Below, piece after piece: positions 39,001 through 49,259 of a stretch of DNA of 64,000 bases. Under the pieces are notes generated by a model that worked only from the letters and a program-made list of their open reading frames with translations, made no database searches and was not told the origin of the DNA. Location: positions 2,224,702-2,288,701 of the forward strand of contig MU055753.1 of the NCBI GenBank assembly GCA_013239625.1. The letters run 5' to 3'. Both the position numbers and the translations under genes were made by a program. Numbering within the stretch: the first letter of the stretch is position 1; each line of letters starts with the position of its first letter. Source of the stretch: Lama guanicoe. Its lineage: Eukaryota.

Positions 39001-41149
39001 TTGGGTCCCTCCTGCCTCATGTTCAGGAAGGACTGCACCCCAGGACTGGCCTGAGCTCACCTAAGTGATGAAGCTGGCATTCCCCACTGGGATCAGGCCA
39101 AACTCTTGTCCCAAACCACCCCTGGGTCTCTGAGTGTCTACTTGCATCACCATGATGGGCATTAAAGCTGGCAGGGAGGAAGCTGGAGCTGTGCATGTAT
39201 GTGTGTGTGTATGTTGGGGTGGGGGGCAGGTATAGCCCAGTAGGTGACAGGGCCTTGGTCAGCTGTTGAGGACCTCCTGTGACAGGTAGGGAGTCTGGTT
39301 TGATCCATGGGGAGGGCCGAGTCACAGACGGTTCAGTGCTAGAACTCCTGAGTCCCAGCCACATCCTAGCAGGTTTGGGCAGGGAAACAGTCCAGCTGGG
39401 TAGCCTGAGCACCATCTGGGGGTGAGGCAGCTGCAACTAAGAATGGCCCCAGGCAAGAGGGGCCAGAAGTCGCTCTGGACAGAAAGACCCCTTCCCCATG
39501 ACCTTTAGGTCCTTGATGGAGGGAGCCAAGTATTTCAGGAAGGGTCAGCCCCATGCAGTGGGGGCAGGGAATACAGGAATACATCCTACCTGGGAGCAGC
39601 TCTGAGGCCTGAAGTTTCAGATGGGAGGCTGACCCCAGGCCAGGCCCAGCAGCAAGTGGAGGACACCATATGGGTGTCTGTGTAGGCTGGGGCTGCCACC
39701 CTCAGCTGGGCCAGAGATAGTGCAGGGATGGACAAGAAGAGGATGGAGAGAAGAAGAATCCTTCTGCTGTTTAGGAGAGGAGGGACAGGAGGGCACTGAA
39801 ACCTCCCAGGGTATACTGAAGAAGAGGAGGATGCAGGAGAGCTTGACTTTGGAAAAAGAGCAGCGGGAAGACTGGATGGTGGGGGAAGACAGTCACCCTC
39901 TGGTCAAGGCCCTTTCCCAGGCCTGAATAGCACACATTCAGCAGGGCAGGCAGGGTGGGTGGGGTGAAGGGACTGATGGGATGACAGACTTTAGAAGGAC
40001 TGAGACAGGAGGGCCACAGGGGCTGCTAGCCTCTCCCTTCACCTCTAACAACAACAGGAAGGCCAAGGGTGCCCCATGCCCCAGAAAGCAGGTGCCACAG
40101 GGACCTGTCCTTCAACTTCTCGATGAAGAGATTAAGCCCCTTGTAACAAACAGCCATGCATGAGTGAGGGAGCTGGCAGGGCACACAGTTCTGCTCTGGG
40201 ATGGGTGAGGTTCAGAAACAACACTTTTCCAACCATCCTCTTCAAGGTTTTTCTGATCATAAGCCTCAAAACTCGCTGGGATGGGAGGAGCCCTGGTGGG
40301 AGAGTGAGGGATGTGATAAATCCTTCTGGGATTGTTAGAAGCAAGGAGGTGGCCACAGTGGGGAGAAATGCACAGGCCCAACACAGTGGTTCCCCAGGGC
40401 CCGAGACAAGCCTCCAGCAAAACTGTGGCTATCTGGACTTCAGGAGTCCTTCCAGGAAGGAGGAAAGCAGGGAGCAGCTCTCCCTGCCCAGCATTGCAGG
40501 TTTTGTGTATGGCCCAGCCTCCTCATGAGTTGGGATTAGGGTCTGCAAAACATCTGGTGGCTTCTGGTGTGGGTATAAGGCCCCCAGAGCTCAGCCTGCA
40601 GTGTTGATCAGGGTCAGCTGGCACTACTAGCTCCCCAGGGAAGAGGCTGCAGGCAGCCCAGCCTCTTCCCTGGAACGGCCCTAGGGTATGCATTCTCTTC
40701 TGGTCCCTGGTGCAGCCCTGGCAGATGGTGTGATAGGAGTTATGAGGGGGCCTTCCCCACAGCACCCAACCCAGGATCATTTCTCCTTGTGGACTCAGCC
40801 ATCTGGCTCCGGCCCCTGAATAGAGCCTCTCACACCTCACAGTTCTCTGCAGGCCCTGCCCACTCTTGGCACCTTAGGAGAGGCTCCACCTCCAGGTCCC
40901 CACCTGTAACTCTTCAGGTGGCAGTCCCCCTACCCCCATCCTCGCCCCCATTTGGAGTGATAGTTGCTGGCTTTGGGGCTCAGGGAACCTATCTGGGAGA
41001 AAACGAAACGAGGGACCCTGACAGTCTCAAGCCTCAGGGGGCTGGGGTCTTTCCCTTAAAAGACCAACTGATCAAATACTCCAGGCCTAGCCCAGGATCC
41101 CACTGTTCATCAGACGCAAGCCACCACTTGTTCACATAAAGCACAAACA

Positions 41150-41155
41150 TTTATT
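41150..41155 (-). terminator. Candidate polyA signal of the TMEM100-like gene, inside an L2 3' tail
   Basis: Minus strand reads cataataggcactcAATAAAtgtttgtgctttatgtg; 446 nt after the stop codon. Confidence 0.5.
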
Positions 41156-41189
41156 GAGTGCCTATTATGCCTCGAGAGGCTTCCACCCC

Positions 41190-42070
41190 AGCGGGTAAGA
41201 CACAGCTCGGGAAGGGCGCCTCGTCCCGAGGAAGGTGGCCACGTCAAGTCCCCGGCCAGCTGCCGCCCCGCACCCTGCACACCCGGCAGGGCCCCTGTGC
41301 CGCGCATACTGCCGCCAGCCCCGCTCTGCGCGCCAAGCGAAACGCCGAAAAGCAACACTGGGCGGAGGAGGGGCGCGAGAAGGGGAGAGCCGAGTCTGGG
41401 GAGGGGAGGGAAATGACTCGTAGCCCACTAAAGCTCAGGCCTTCTAACGGTTCAGAACGATACAGTTTGGGGACAGGGTCTGGGGAGGTTTCCAGGACCC
41501 GCGAGCCGCACGCACTGCGCCAGCAGGCTGGGGCGAGGTCCGAAGGGAGGAGGCGCCGGCTCGCCGTGACCTCGCAGGGCAGAGGGATTGGCGCGCGGGC
41601 TCAGGGCGTCCCCGGCTCCTGCCGCCCCCCGCGCATGGCCCTCCGCCGCCGCCGAGCGCGCCAGCACAGGAAGGCGGCGGCCAGGAGCCCGAGGCCCGCG
41701 CCGAGTGCGGCCAGCGACGCGCTCTGGGCCAGGTCCAGGCGGGGTCCGCGCAGCGAGAAGGTGATGGCCGTGGCAGAGGCGCCAGCAAGGAGAGCCACGG
41801 CGCCGAAGGGCAGGACGCAGCGCGGCCACGAGCCCCCCGCGCCGCCGGTGGCCAAGAGCAGCGCGCGTAGGACCCCCGGGGGCTCGGCAGGGGCCGCGGG
41901 TGGGGGCTCGTGCGAGCTCATGCCTCCGACGCGGGGGCTGCGCTCGGGGTGGGTGTGGGCGCCCCTGCAGCCCCAGCTTGCCCGCCACGTCAGAGTGGAT
42001 TGGACGGTATGCGGTGACGGCAGTGGGAGGAGTTCGCCGCTGTCTCCTGGCATCGTGTGGGCGGGCGCTA
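41190..42070. promoter_or_regulatory. CpG island covering the TMEM100-like ORF, with promoter motifs
   Basis: CpG-dense; minus-strand CCAAT 42003-41999, TGACGTGG 41992-41985, GC/CACCC boxes 41946-41986. Confidence 0.7.
41601..41921 (-). CDS. Putative TMEM100/PIRT-family two-pass membrane protein, 106 aa (alternative in-frame ATG at 42053 gives 150 aa)
   Basis: LLLATGGAGGSWPRCVLPFGAVALLAGASATAITFS...LAALGAGLGLLAAAFLCWRARRRRR aligns to recalled TMEM100 LMAATGGTELSCYRCIIPFAVVVFIAGIVVTAVAYS...LVVLSSGLFLLASSALCWKVRQR; two hydrophobic helices and a polybasic tail; has its own CpG island. Confidence 0.75.
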   Translation of the reverse strand: MSSHEPPPAAPAEPPGVLRALLLATGGAGGSWPRCVLPFGAVALLAGASATAITFSLRGPRLDLAQSASLAALGAGLGLLAAAFLCWRARRRRRAMRGGRQEPGTP

Positions 42071-43650
42071 ATCCAGAGGTGAGGGTCTCCCTTTCCTGCC
42101 CTGGGTGCCCTGTGCCGAGGCCTCCCCAGGCCTCTCCCCTCGTGCTATCCACAGCGCCTCCCTGCCCTTGAAGGCCCAGGTGCTCACAGCAGACCGCAGG
42201 ACACCACCAGTGCCCAGGACTGGCCTCAGATGGGTGGGTCATTGAGTCAACAATTTCTGGGCACCCAGCTGGGCCTAGCTAGGGATGGAGGTGGACAGCA
42301 TCCCTGCCCAATAGAGAAGATACAAAATAAACCAAGTGAATTAGCGGAGGAAATGACTGTCATGGAGACCACCTGCTGTGGAAACTGATTCTGGGGTGGC
42401 TAGTAACAGGGTGGTGGTGGGATTTGCCCTGGAGATTAAGGGTTCCTCCAGATCCCCGCAGCTGAGCATAAGCTCTGGAGGCAGCAATGGAGTGGCCAGA
42501 AAGAGGTGCTTGTCCCCCAGGTAACCTCCCTCTCTTGCTCCCCCTACCCTGGAGTTCCACTCCCCAGAAGCCCCTCAGTGCAATGAATGCCCTGGTTTTT
42601 TATTTCCTACTTTGGTCTGTCATCTGGTCCCCAGCAGCCCAAAAGACCTAGGACTCCATGTTCAAGGTTTCTGGCCTGCTGACTTTTACAACTAGGGCCT
42701 CCTGCAGGATGGGGCCACCCCGAGGCTACTTCAGCATCACCCAGTTCATTCCCCCATATCTCGAACACTTCATCAGGCTCTCATAAGACTGGGCCTTCTC
42801 AGGAATGAGCTGCCTCCAGGGCCTGAGTCTCTCAGGGAGGAAGCGGGTGTTACTTGGTCTTGCACATCAATGTTCACACAAAGGGCTAGTGCGCCAGCTC
42901 TGCGGGTTGTGCTTGGCCCACACGGGTGCTCAGTAGATTCATGTTAGTTACACCAATGCCTCCCAGCCCCCATCAAGGCCCAGAGCTGTGAAGCATCTAA
43001 CATCATCTTGATTCATCTTCACCCCAGCCCCAGTGGTAATAACCACTGTCCCAGTATGACAATGGGGACTGAGGCTCAAAATCATTGAGAATCTTGCTGA
43101 AAGTCCCACAGCAGCAGACAAGTTATAATGTCAACCCACGATCTGACTTTGACCTCTACACTTTCTTGCCTTCTAGGAAACAATGATTCCTTCAGCAGGG
43201 TAGGTGGGAGCCTCAGAGGTAATAATGGAGCAAAGGAGGTGATGGGCCCTTTCCCTGGAGGTGGCTCAGTGCGGAAGGCCCACACCAGCCACTAGCAACG
43301 GCACAGCACAGGAGGTGGTAGTGGGCACAGGCACCAGGAGACATGGCTGCCCACTATGATAGAGGCTTGTGGCTTTTTTGTGCCCAGTACAAATCTAGGA
43401 ACTTGTGGGGAGGGGTTTCAGGTGTGCCAGGGCCAGTGCATGAAGTGAGTCCCCAGTGCGGCCCACCTTGAGTGGCCTTGCCCCCTCCTTTCACTACAGA
43501 AGGAATATGCCTGTTCTTGGTAAATACGCTTCATAAATTCTCAGTAAGTAAAAACAAACAAACAAACAAAAAAAACAAAAGGAAGAAAACAAACAAACAC
43601 CAAATCCAACCTTGGTATGATTTAAATATATATATACTTCCTAATGTAGT

Positions 43651-43656
43651 TTTAAT
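43651..43656 (-). terminator. Candidate TEDC2 polyA signal ATTAAA
   Basis: ATTAAA on minus followed by a long U/GU-rich tract (43550-43600). Confidence 0.55.
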
Positions 43657-44066
43657 GTCACACAAGTGGCTTTTAAGTGCAAAGCAAGAGAAAACAGAGG
43701 TAGCTAAGAAAAGCCCGCACGAGCCTCTGTTCTCCTGAGCCTGTGGAAGGCCCAGCCGAGTCCAGCCGAGCCCAGCCGAGCCCTGATCAGCAGGTTTAGC
43801 AGCTGACAAAGGCCCTGTGCCCCTCAGGAAGAGCCAGGCTGTAGTCCCTGAACCCTCAGAAGCCTGCTTTTCCAAGGGGGCATGGACACCTCTGGGCCCC
43901 TTGCTCACTACACTAGTGAGAACCCCCTTAATCCCCATTCACTTAACTCTGACTAGGGAAGAGGGGCTCTCCCCAGCAGACAGGGTCGGGGGCAGAATCA
44001 GCTTGCCTTTGCTGCAGGGCTCTGGGAGCTGAGGGACGGGCCTGGCCACCTGGCTATGGGAAGGGC

Positions 44067-44216
44067 TCAGTCAGCAGGCTCATCTTCTCGGAGGATGGTG
44101 AGGAAGCGCTCGCCCCCCTCGCAGAGTAGGCTGTGCACAGCCCGGCACAGTGCCAGCCAGGGCGGCCCCAGGGGCTCCTGCTCCCTCACCAGGGGGAGGA
44201 GTTCAGCCATCAGGAC
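44067..44216 (-). CDS. TEDC2: TEDC2 exon 10 (stop)
   Basis: VLMAELLPLVREQEPLGPPWLALCRAVHSLLCEGGERFLTILREDEPAD*; 150 nt. Confidence 0.93.
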   Translation of the reverse strand, partial: VLMAELLPLVREQEPLGPPWLALCRAVHSLLCEGGERFLTILREDEPAD

Positions 44217-44535
44217 CTGCAGGGTGGTACAGGGCCAAGGTCTCAGGAGGGCCCCGTCTCAACTAGCTCAGGGCCCCCACAGGCAGGCCTGAGGAGTGGG
44301 GCAATTCCAAAGCAGACTTCGATACACCAGGCTCCAGCCCTTCCCTCCTCCCAGAGCACCAGCACCCTCAGCACGTGCACGGGCTCAGAGGCTCCCATCC
44401 TTCCCTGGTGGGTCTTGAGGGGAGAAGCACAGATAGACTCTCGAGGCCAAGTCCTCACGAGGCTGCAGACCTGGAGTCCTCACCAGGGCCCATGGTACCC
44501 CTAACAAAGTCACCTACTCCCCAAGCTGGAAGTAC

Positions 44536-44726
44536 CTTTTCCAGGTGAATCTGCTGGTTCAGCATGGCCACCCGCAGCCTAAGGGCTGCCAGGGTCTGCA
44601 GCTCCTGGGTACTGGAGTAGAGAAGCAATGGGGGGCTCCGGATAGTGTCTGCTCCTCCTCCACAGGGTGATGAGGCCCTAGGGAGTCTCCCCTCAGGCCA
44701 TGGCTCCAGCTGCTGTTCCACCACTG
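44536..44726 (-). CDS. TEDC2: TEDC2 exon 9
   Basis: AVVEQQLEPW...YSSTQELQTLAALRLRVAMLNQQIHLEK; 191 nt; NAGNAG acceptor. Confidence 0.92.
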
Positions 44727-45149
44727 CTGTAAGGACAGAGGGCTAAGGCCTCATGGGGCAGTGGCCAGGCGCCTCCTCCCCACTCACCTTTTACGGGATG
44801 CAAAGTCTCCCTTTGCCTCCTGGATGAAGTCGTATTGTCCATAAATAACTATCGTGCAATACCAGGTATCTGCTAGCACCTAAGTCTCACAAGCCTAACT
44901 GGCTAAATAAGCAAGTTCTTAGAGTGATGGGATCTGTGTGTTGGGAGAGGGAATGGAGCGGGGGAGCTGTCTTGGCCAGCTCCACAGGACAACCAGTGAG
45001 AACTTAGGATGCAGTGGGGTGACATGGGGAAGGGCCTGCCTGCCTCTGCTCCTGGGCTGCTGTTAAAGTCCCAACACTTCCCTGTGGCTAGAGGACTCTG
45101 ACCCCCCCACCAGATTTCAGCACAGGTGGAGGCGGGGATGGGGTCTCAC

Positions 45150-45251
45150 CTGTACGCAGCTCCTGCAGCCTGTGGAGACACTGCCCCGCCAGGGCCTGCA
45201 GCCCCTCCAGGGTGAGCAGGCAGCGGTACTCCTGCATCCAGTCCTTGGGGT
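45150..45251 (-). CDS. TEDC2: TEDC2 exon 8
   Basis: DPKDWMQEYRCLLTLEGLQALAGQCLHRLQELRT; 102 nt. Confidence 0.93.
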
Positions 45252-45356
45252 CTACATGAGTCAGGGAGGGCAGGCCAGGTCCGTGCTGGTCCTGAAGCTC
45301 TCCCTGAGCCCAGCCCTCCTCACTCCCACCAGAGACCCAAATCAGAGCCCACTAAC

Positions 45357-45468
45357 CTGCAGTGAGTTCTTCCCCCATTCGAAGTCTTAGAAGCGAGCAG
45401 GCCTTCTGCAGGCGCCCTACCTCCGCCTCCACCTCTGCGGGACTGAGCCTAGAGCTGGGCCAGCCTGA
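45357..45468 (-). CDS. TEDC2: TEDC2 exon 7
   Basis: SGWPSSRLSPAEVEAEVGRLQKACSLLRLRMGEELTA; 112 nt. Confidence 0.92.
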
Positions 45469-45642
45469 CTGGACATTGGTCAGGGAAATTCCCCTGTGGC
45501 CAGACCCCTCCCAGCCCTTTCCCCCAAGGACTGGGTCCTAGAGTTGCTCCTCAAACTCCCCAGGTTTAGAGCCAGAACCTCTGCTCCCTCCCAACCCTCC
45601 ACCCACTCCCATCGCAGGCTCCTGCAAGCCCAGCAAGGATAC
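45469..45642 (-). other. TEDC2: U12-type (minor spliceosome) GT-AG intron, TEDC2 intron 6
   Basis: 5' splice site GTATCCTTG; branch point TTTCCCTGAC with the A 12 nt from the 3' end; no polypyrimidine tract. Confidence 0.85.
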
Positions 45643-45736
45643 GGTTGTCTGCATTTTCTGGAGGAAATGGTTTTTAGCAGTAGTAGCAGCATCCCCAGAA
45701 TCACTGGTATGTGTAGAGCTGAGCTGGGCCCACAGG
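45643..45736 (-). CDS. TEDC2: TEDC2 exon 6
   Basis: LWAQLSSTHTSDSGDAATTAKNHFLQKMQTT; 94 nt. Confidence 0.92.
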
Positions 45737-46049
45737 CTGGGAGGCACACATGGCAGTGAGGGAACCAAAGAGCATTGTGGTTATTCGAGCCAGCTGGGCT
45801 GGGCCATGAGAAGTAGGCAAGGGCCAGGGTAGGGGCCCCAGCCTGGGGTGTCTGACTCTGCTGTATGTCCGGAAGGGCCTTTGGAGGCCCCAGGGAACCA
45901 AGGAGACACCATCCATGAAAAGGGGACAGAGCTGCCCCATTCTGGGAAGTACCAGGACAGAATTCAAGGAAGGGGAGAGAGGCCAGCAGTGACTGTAACC
46001 AGGATGTATGATAAGGGCTATGAGTGCTGGCTCTGAACCTGGCACAACA

Positions 46050-46220
46050 CAAACACTTGCAGGCACCACCTCATTTAACCCTTACAACACCTCTATAAAG
46101 CTGGTACTACTACTGTCACCTCTACAAGGAAGACAAATTGGGACTCAGAAACACTAAGTGCCTTGCTCAAGGTCCCACAGGTTGAGAGAGGCTGAGCTGG
46201 GCCCACTGAGTCTAAGATGA
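46050..46220 (-). mobile_element. MIR SINE
   Basis: ctcatttaacccttacaacac...cttgctcaaggtcccacag. Confidence 0.6.
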
Positions 46221-46382
46221 CTATAGCAGTCCTAAGTAGGCTGACTCTATTAAGATAGTGTCGCCACCTAGCAAATAAAGCAGAAGAACCTGCTTGAAAA
46301 GTCTTGCAAGCCTCAGCCTCCCTGCTTTCCACACTCCCCTGGTCTCCCCTCCACTCCCACCTAGCCCCAAGCTCAGCCTCAC

Positions 46383-46436
46383 CGGGAGTTCTGGGAAGCT
46401 GCTTTCCTGAAGGCCACGGGCAGCTGCAGCAGGATC
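46383..46436 (-). CDS. TEDC2: TEDC2 exon 5
   Basis: ILLQLPVAFRKAASQNS; caacag| and |gtgagg; 54 nt. Confidence 0.92.
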
Positions 46437-46911
46437 CTGTTGGGGAAGCCGGTGCTCAGAGCAGCCTTGCCTCATTCTGGGGATTACAGGCCCCACTCAG
46501 CCCCATCAGGTTTGAGGCTCACCCACCCCCTCAGACAGGGCTTCCAGAGTGACCACGGGAGCCAGTCCACTCCAGGTCTGGCCTGGCAGAGGGAAGAGAA
46601 AGCAAAGCCCAGGCCTTCTAGAGCCTATGTGCAACCCCCGGGCTGGGTGGATAAGAGGACAGGGCACTAGGCAGCCACAGAGAACAGGACAGGCTCCAGC
46701 ACATCCCACGTGGCACCTCCACAGCCTACCGTTCCATTCTGCCAGTTTCAGGTCATGGGCCTCATGGGGTGGTATCATGGGGTTCTCCTGGCCCACCTCC
46801 AGCTCAATGCCCTGCCCCTCCCCGGTCACCCCAAACCCAGACTCTTACTGCTGCCCAGGATCTGATCAGGTAGAGACAGCGATTCCCCCAGTGAGGGTAT
46901 GGGAGACCTAC

Positions 46912-47317
46912 CCCTTATCCTTGAGTGTAAAAACTTCTCGGGCCTGAGGAGCAGCCAGTGGGACTGTTTCTTGGCTCCTGCGGCTTGGTTCCAGCTTGGC
47001 AGCTCGGGCCCCTCGCCCTATGCAGGCTGGATCCTCCACTGAGACAAGCCTGTGCTCAGAGAGGTCCTTGGCAGGCACCCTGGTTTGACGGATGCCCCTG
47101 GGGGGTTTTGTTTCTGATGCATGGCTGCCAGTCCAGTCTGAGGCCCGGAGTCGGGTGGAGGCTCTGGTGGCAGGGGAAGTGGCAGTGGACTCAGACTTCA
47201 CAGTGGGGGCCTTGTCTCCTCCAGCTTTTGAGATGCCTTTTCGCACCCGTACAGCCTTCTCCAGCACCTGGGTCAGAAGCTCCAGCTCTTTGAGGTCTTG
47301 GGGACTGGGTGAGCATG
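46912..47317 (-). CDS. TEDC2: TEDC2 exon 4
   Basis: ACSPSPQDLKELELLTQVLEKAVRVRKGISKAG...EVFTLKDK; 406 nt. Confidence 0.93.
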
Positions 47318-47441
47318 CTGTGAAAGCTAAAAGTCATGTAGTGGTCCCTCACCACTGTTTCCCGCAAAGGGTCCCTCACCACTGCACTCCAAAAGACAGG
47401 CCAGGGGTGGCACCTGCAGAAGGTGGGTGGCTGAGGTTTAC

Positions 47442-47512
47442 CTGAAGACGGAACCTCTTCATCAGTTTCTGGCCCTGGGGTTGGCTCCGGAACTGGGGTC
47501 TTGGCTGGTTCC
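47442..47512 (-). CDS. TEDC2: TEDC2 exon 3
   Basis: EPAKTPVPEPTPGPETDEEVPSS; tcacag| and |gtaaac; 71 nt. Confidence 0.88.
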
Positions 47513-47753
47513 CTGTGAAGACACAGGGCAGCCGTGGTGGCACGGTCAGGAGGGAGGGCCCAGGTCCAAAACCACCCCCGCCCCGACGCCTAGCCTAGGA
47601 GCAGTCCCCGGGCCTGCAGGGGAAAGCCGGGGGAACACTGACAACCGGCAACTCGGAAGTGAGCGTTGGGCTCGGCCTCCCGGCCCAGGGGCTCTAATTT
47701 GGGTTCTGACGGTCCTAGAGAGGCCTAGTTGGGTGGTTTCGGGGTCCGCATAC

Positions 47754-47852
47754 CAGGCTCTAAGCAGCCGCCGGGAGATTCGCAGGCTCCGTTCCAGCTG
47801 CCGCTGTCGCTGGGCGCAGGAATCCAGGGCATCCCGCAGCTCGGCCACCAGC
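47754..47852 (-). CDS. TEDC2: TEDC2 exon 2
   Basis: LVAELRDALDSCAQRQRQLERSLRISRRLLRA; 99 nt. Confidence 0.92.
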
Positions 47853-47934
47853 CTGGGAGGGACGCACCCGCAGCTCAGCACCCGACGGGCCTCGGGCCGC
47901 GCGCCCTCCCGCCCCCTCCCCCCCCCCTCCCCCC

Positions 47935-47960
47935 CCGTCCAAGCAGTCCGCGGGCAGCAT
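47935..47960 (-). CDS. TEDC2: TEDC2 exon 1 (start codon; expected donor absent in this sequence)
   Basis: MLPADC resembles recalled human MLPAGC; phase requires a 26-nt exon, but GG follows instead of GT. Confidence 0.6.
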
Positions 47961-49259
47961 GAAGACTGTTGCAATTCTTCGCTATTTGCCGCTGCCGGAG
48001 AATCCCTCCTCTTCCGGCTAGAAGATCACCTCCTTCCGCCCGCGCTACCCAATCCCGAGCCGAGCTCAGGGCCCGCCCTCTCCGACGACTGTCCAGTGGC
48101 AAACCCCGCCCCTCCCCCGGCGGTTGTGAAAGTGAGCCCCGACCCGGGGCAGTGCAGGGAACTCAGGTGAGAACCTCGAATTGTGAGCAGGCTTCTGGTT
48201 TAGATAACTGGGTAGATGGTGGCACCTGTAGTTGCTTAACGGCTGGCTTCGTCTTTGTATTGAAGGCGATCTAAAGCAGGGCCCAGCTGCCTTGCTGACC
48301 CCGGGCCTCCTAGCACAGGGCAAGGCACGGGAGGGGCCCAATTGATATTTACTGCAGGAACCGTCGCTAGAGGTGAGGATAACGTGTGTTGGAAGCAGGG
48401 ACAAGGGAGTGTTCACTTTTGGACATGCTAGTGAGGTGATGAGCCATTAGTAGTCACCTAGGTAGAGGGGGATGAAGTCCGGCAGACAAGGGTGTGGCAC
48501 ATGAGCAATGGGCCTGGGCAAGATGGTACAAGGTGCGGCAGGTGTCCGTGGACAGGGACAGGTGAGGGGGAGCTGGCGCCCAGACAGGTGGAGGGATGGC
48601 AGAGCCTGGTGTCATAGAAACAACAGGAGGCTATCCCAGGAGGAAGTGTCCACTTAATGGGAGAATGGGGCTTTCAGTGACTCAGGAGACACCTGGGGAG
48701 GGGGATTTTGGGGACAGTTGCTAGCTGGGAGGAGTGATGCAGGTAGCAGGGCCCAAAATAAAAAGGCAACAGGGGCCAAGAAATCTCAGGGGATAGCAGG
48801 AGGGATGACAAACGGGGGGGGGGTTGTGTGTGGAGAGGTGTCCATTTCACAGTTGCTAATGGGAAGGTGCTGCAGCATGGCAGACAGACATGAAGGAGGG
48901 GAGCCAAGGGTGCCAGGCAGAGAAGAGGGGATGGGTTGGGACCCAGGCAGCCCTGGGACTGTTCTTAGGGTGGGTCCCTCCATCAGTAGTGGCCTGTTTT
49001 CTTGCCTAGTTGTGGCAGGCTGACAGCATTACTGCCTAAAATGATTCTCTGTGAGGTAGGAGGGGAGGGGGAAAGGGCTTCAGCCAGCACTTAAGACACA
49101 GGGAGACCCCACACCACAGCCAGGTGGTATTAGGTCCCATTGGAGTGGCTTCCTCCTACAGGTGCAGGCTGGGAGAAGGCAGAGAACTTTTGGATTTTGA
49201 AAAGTGGCCATGGACAAGGGGACAAGGCAGTTCAAATATGCACATCACTCAGCTGCTAC

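Larger units (their letters stand above)
47540..48160. promoter_or_regulatory. CpG island / promoter of TEDC2
   Basis: CpG-dense; CCAAT at 48049-48053; GC boxes. Confidence 0.75.

Noticed and set aside
41158-42171. 337-aa plus-strand ORF
   Set aside because: GTG start, Arg/Pro/Ala low complexity and no recognisable domain; it is the antisense shadow of the GC-rich TMEM100-like ORF
41922-42242. N-terminal extension to 213 aa of the TMEM100-like ORF
   Set aside because: No family similarity; it begins outside the CpG island and overlaps promoter-like motifs
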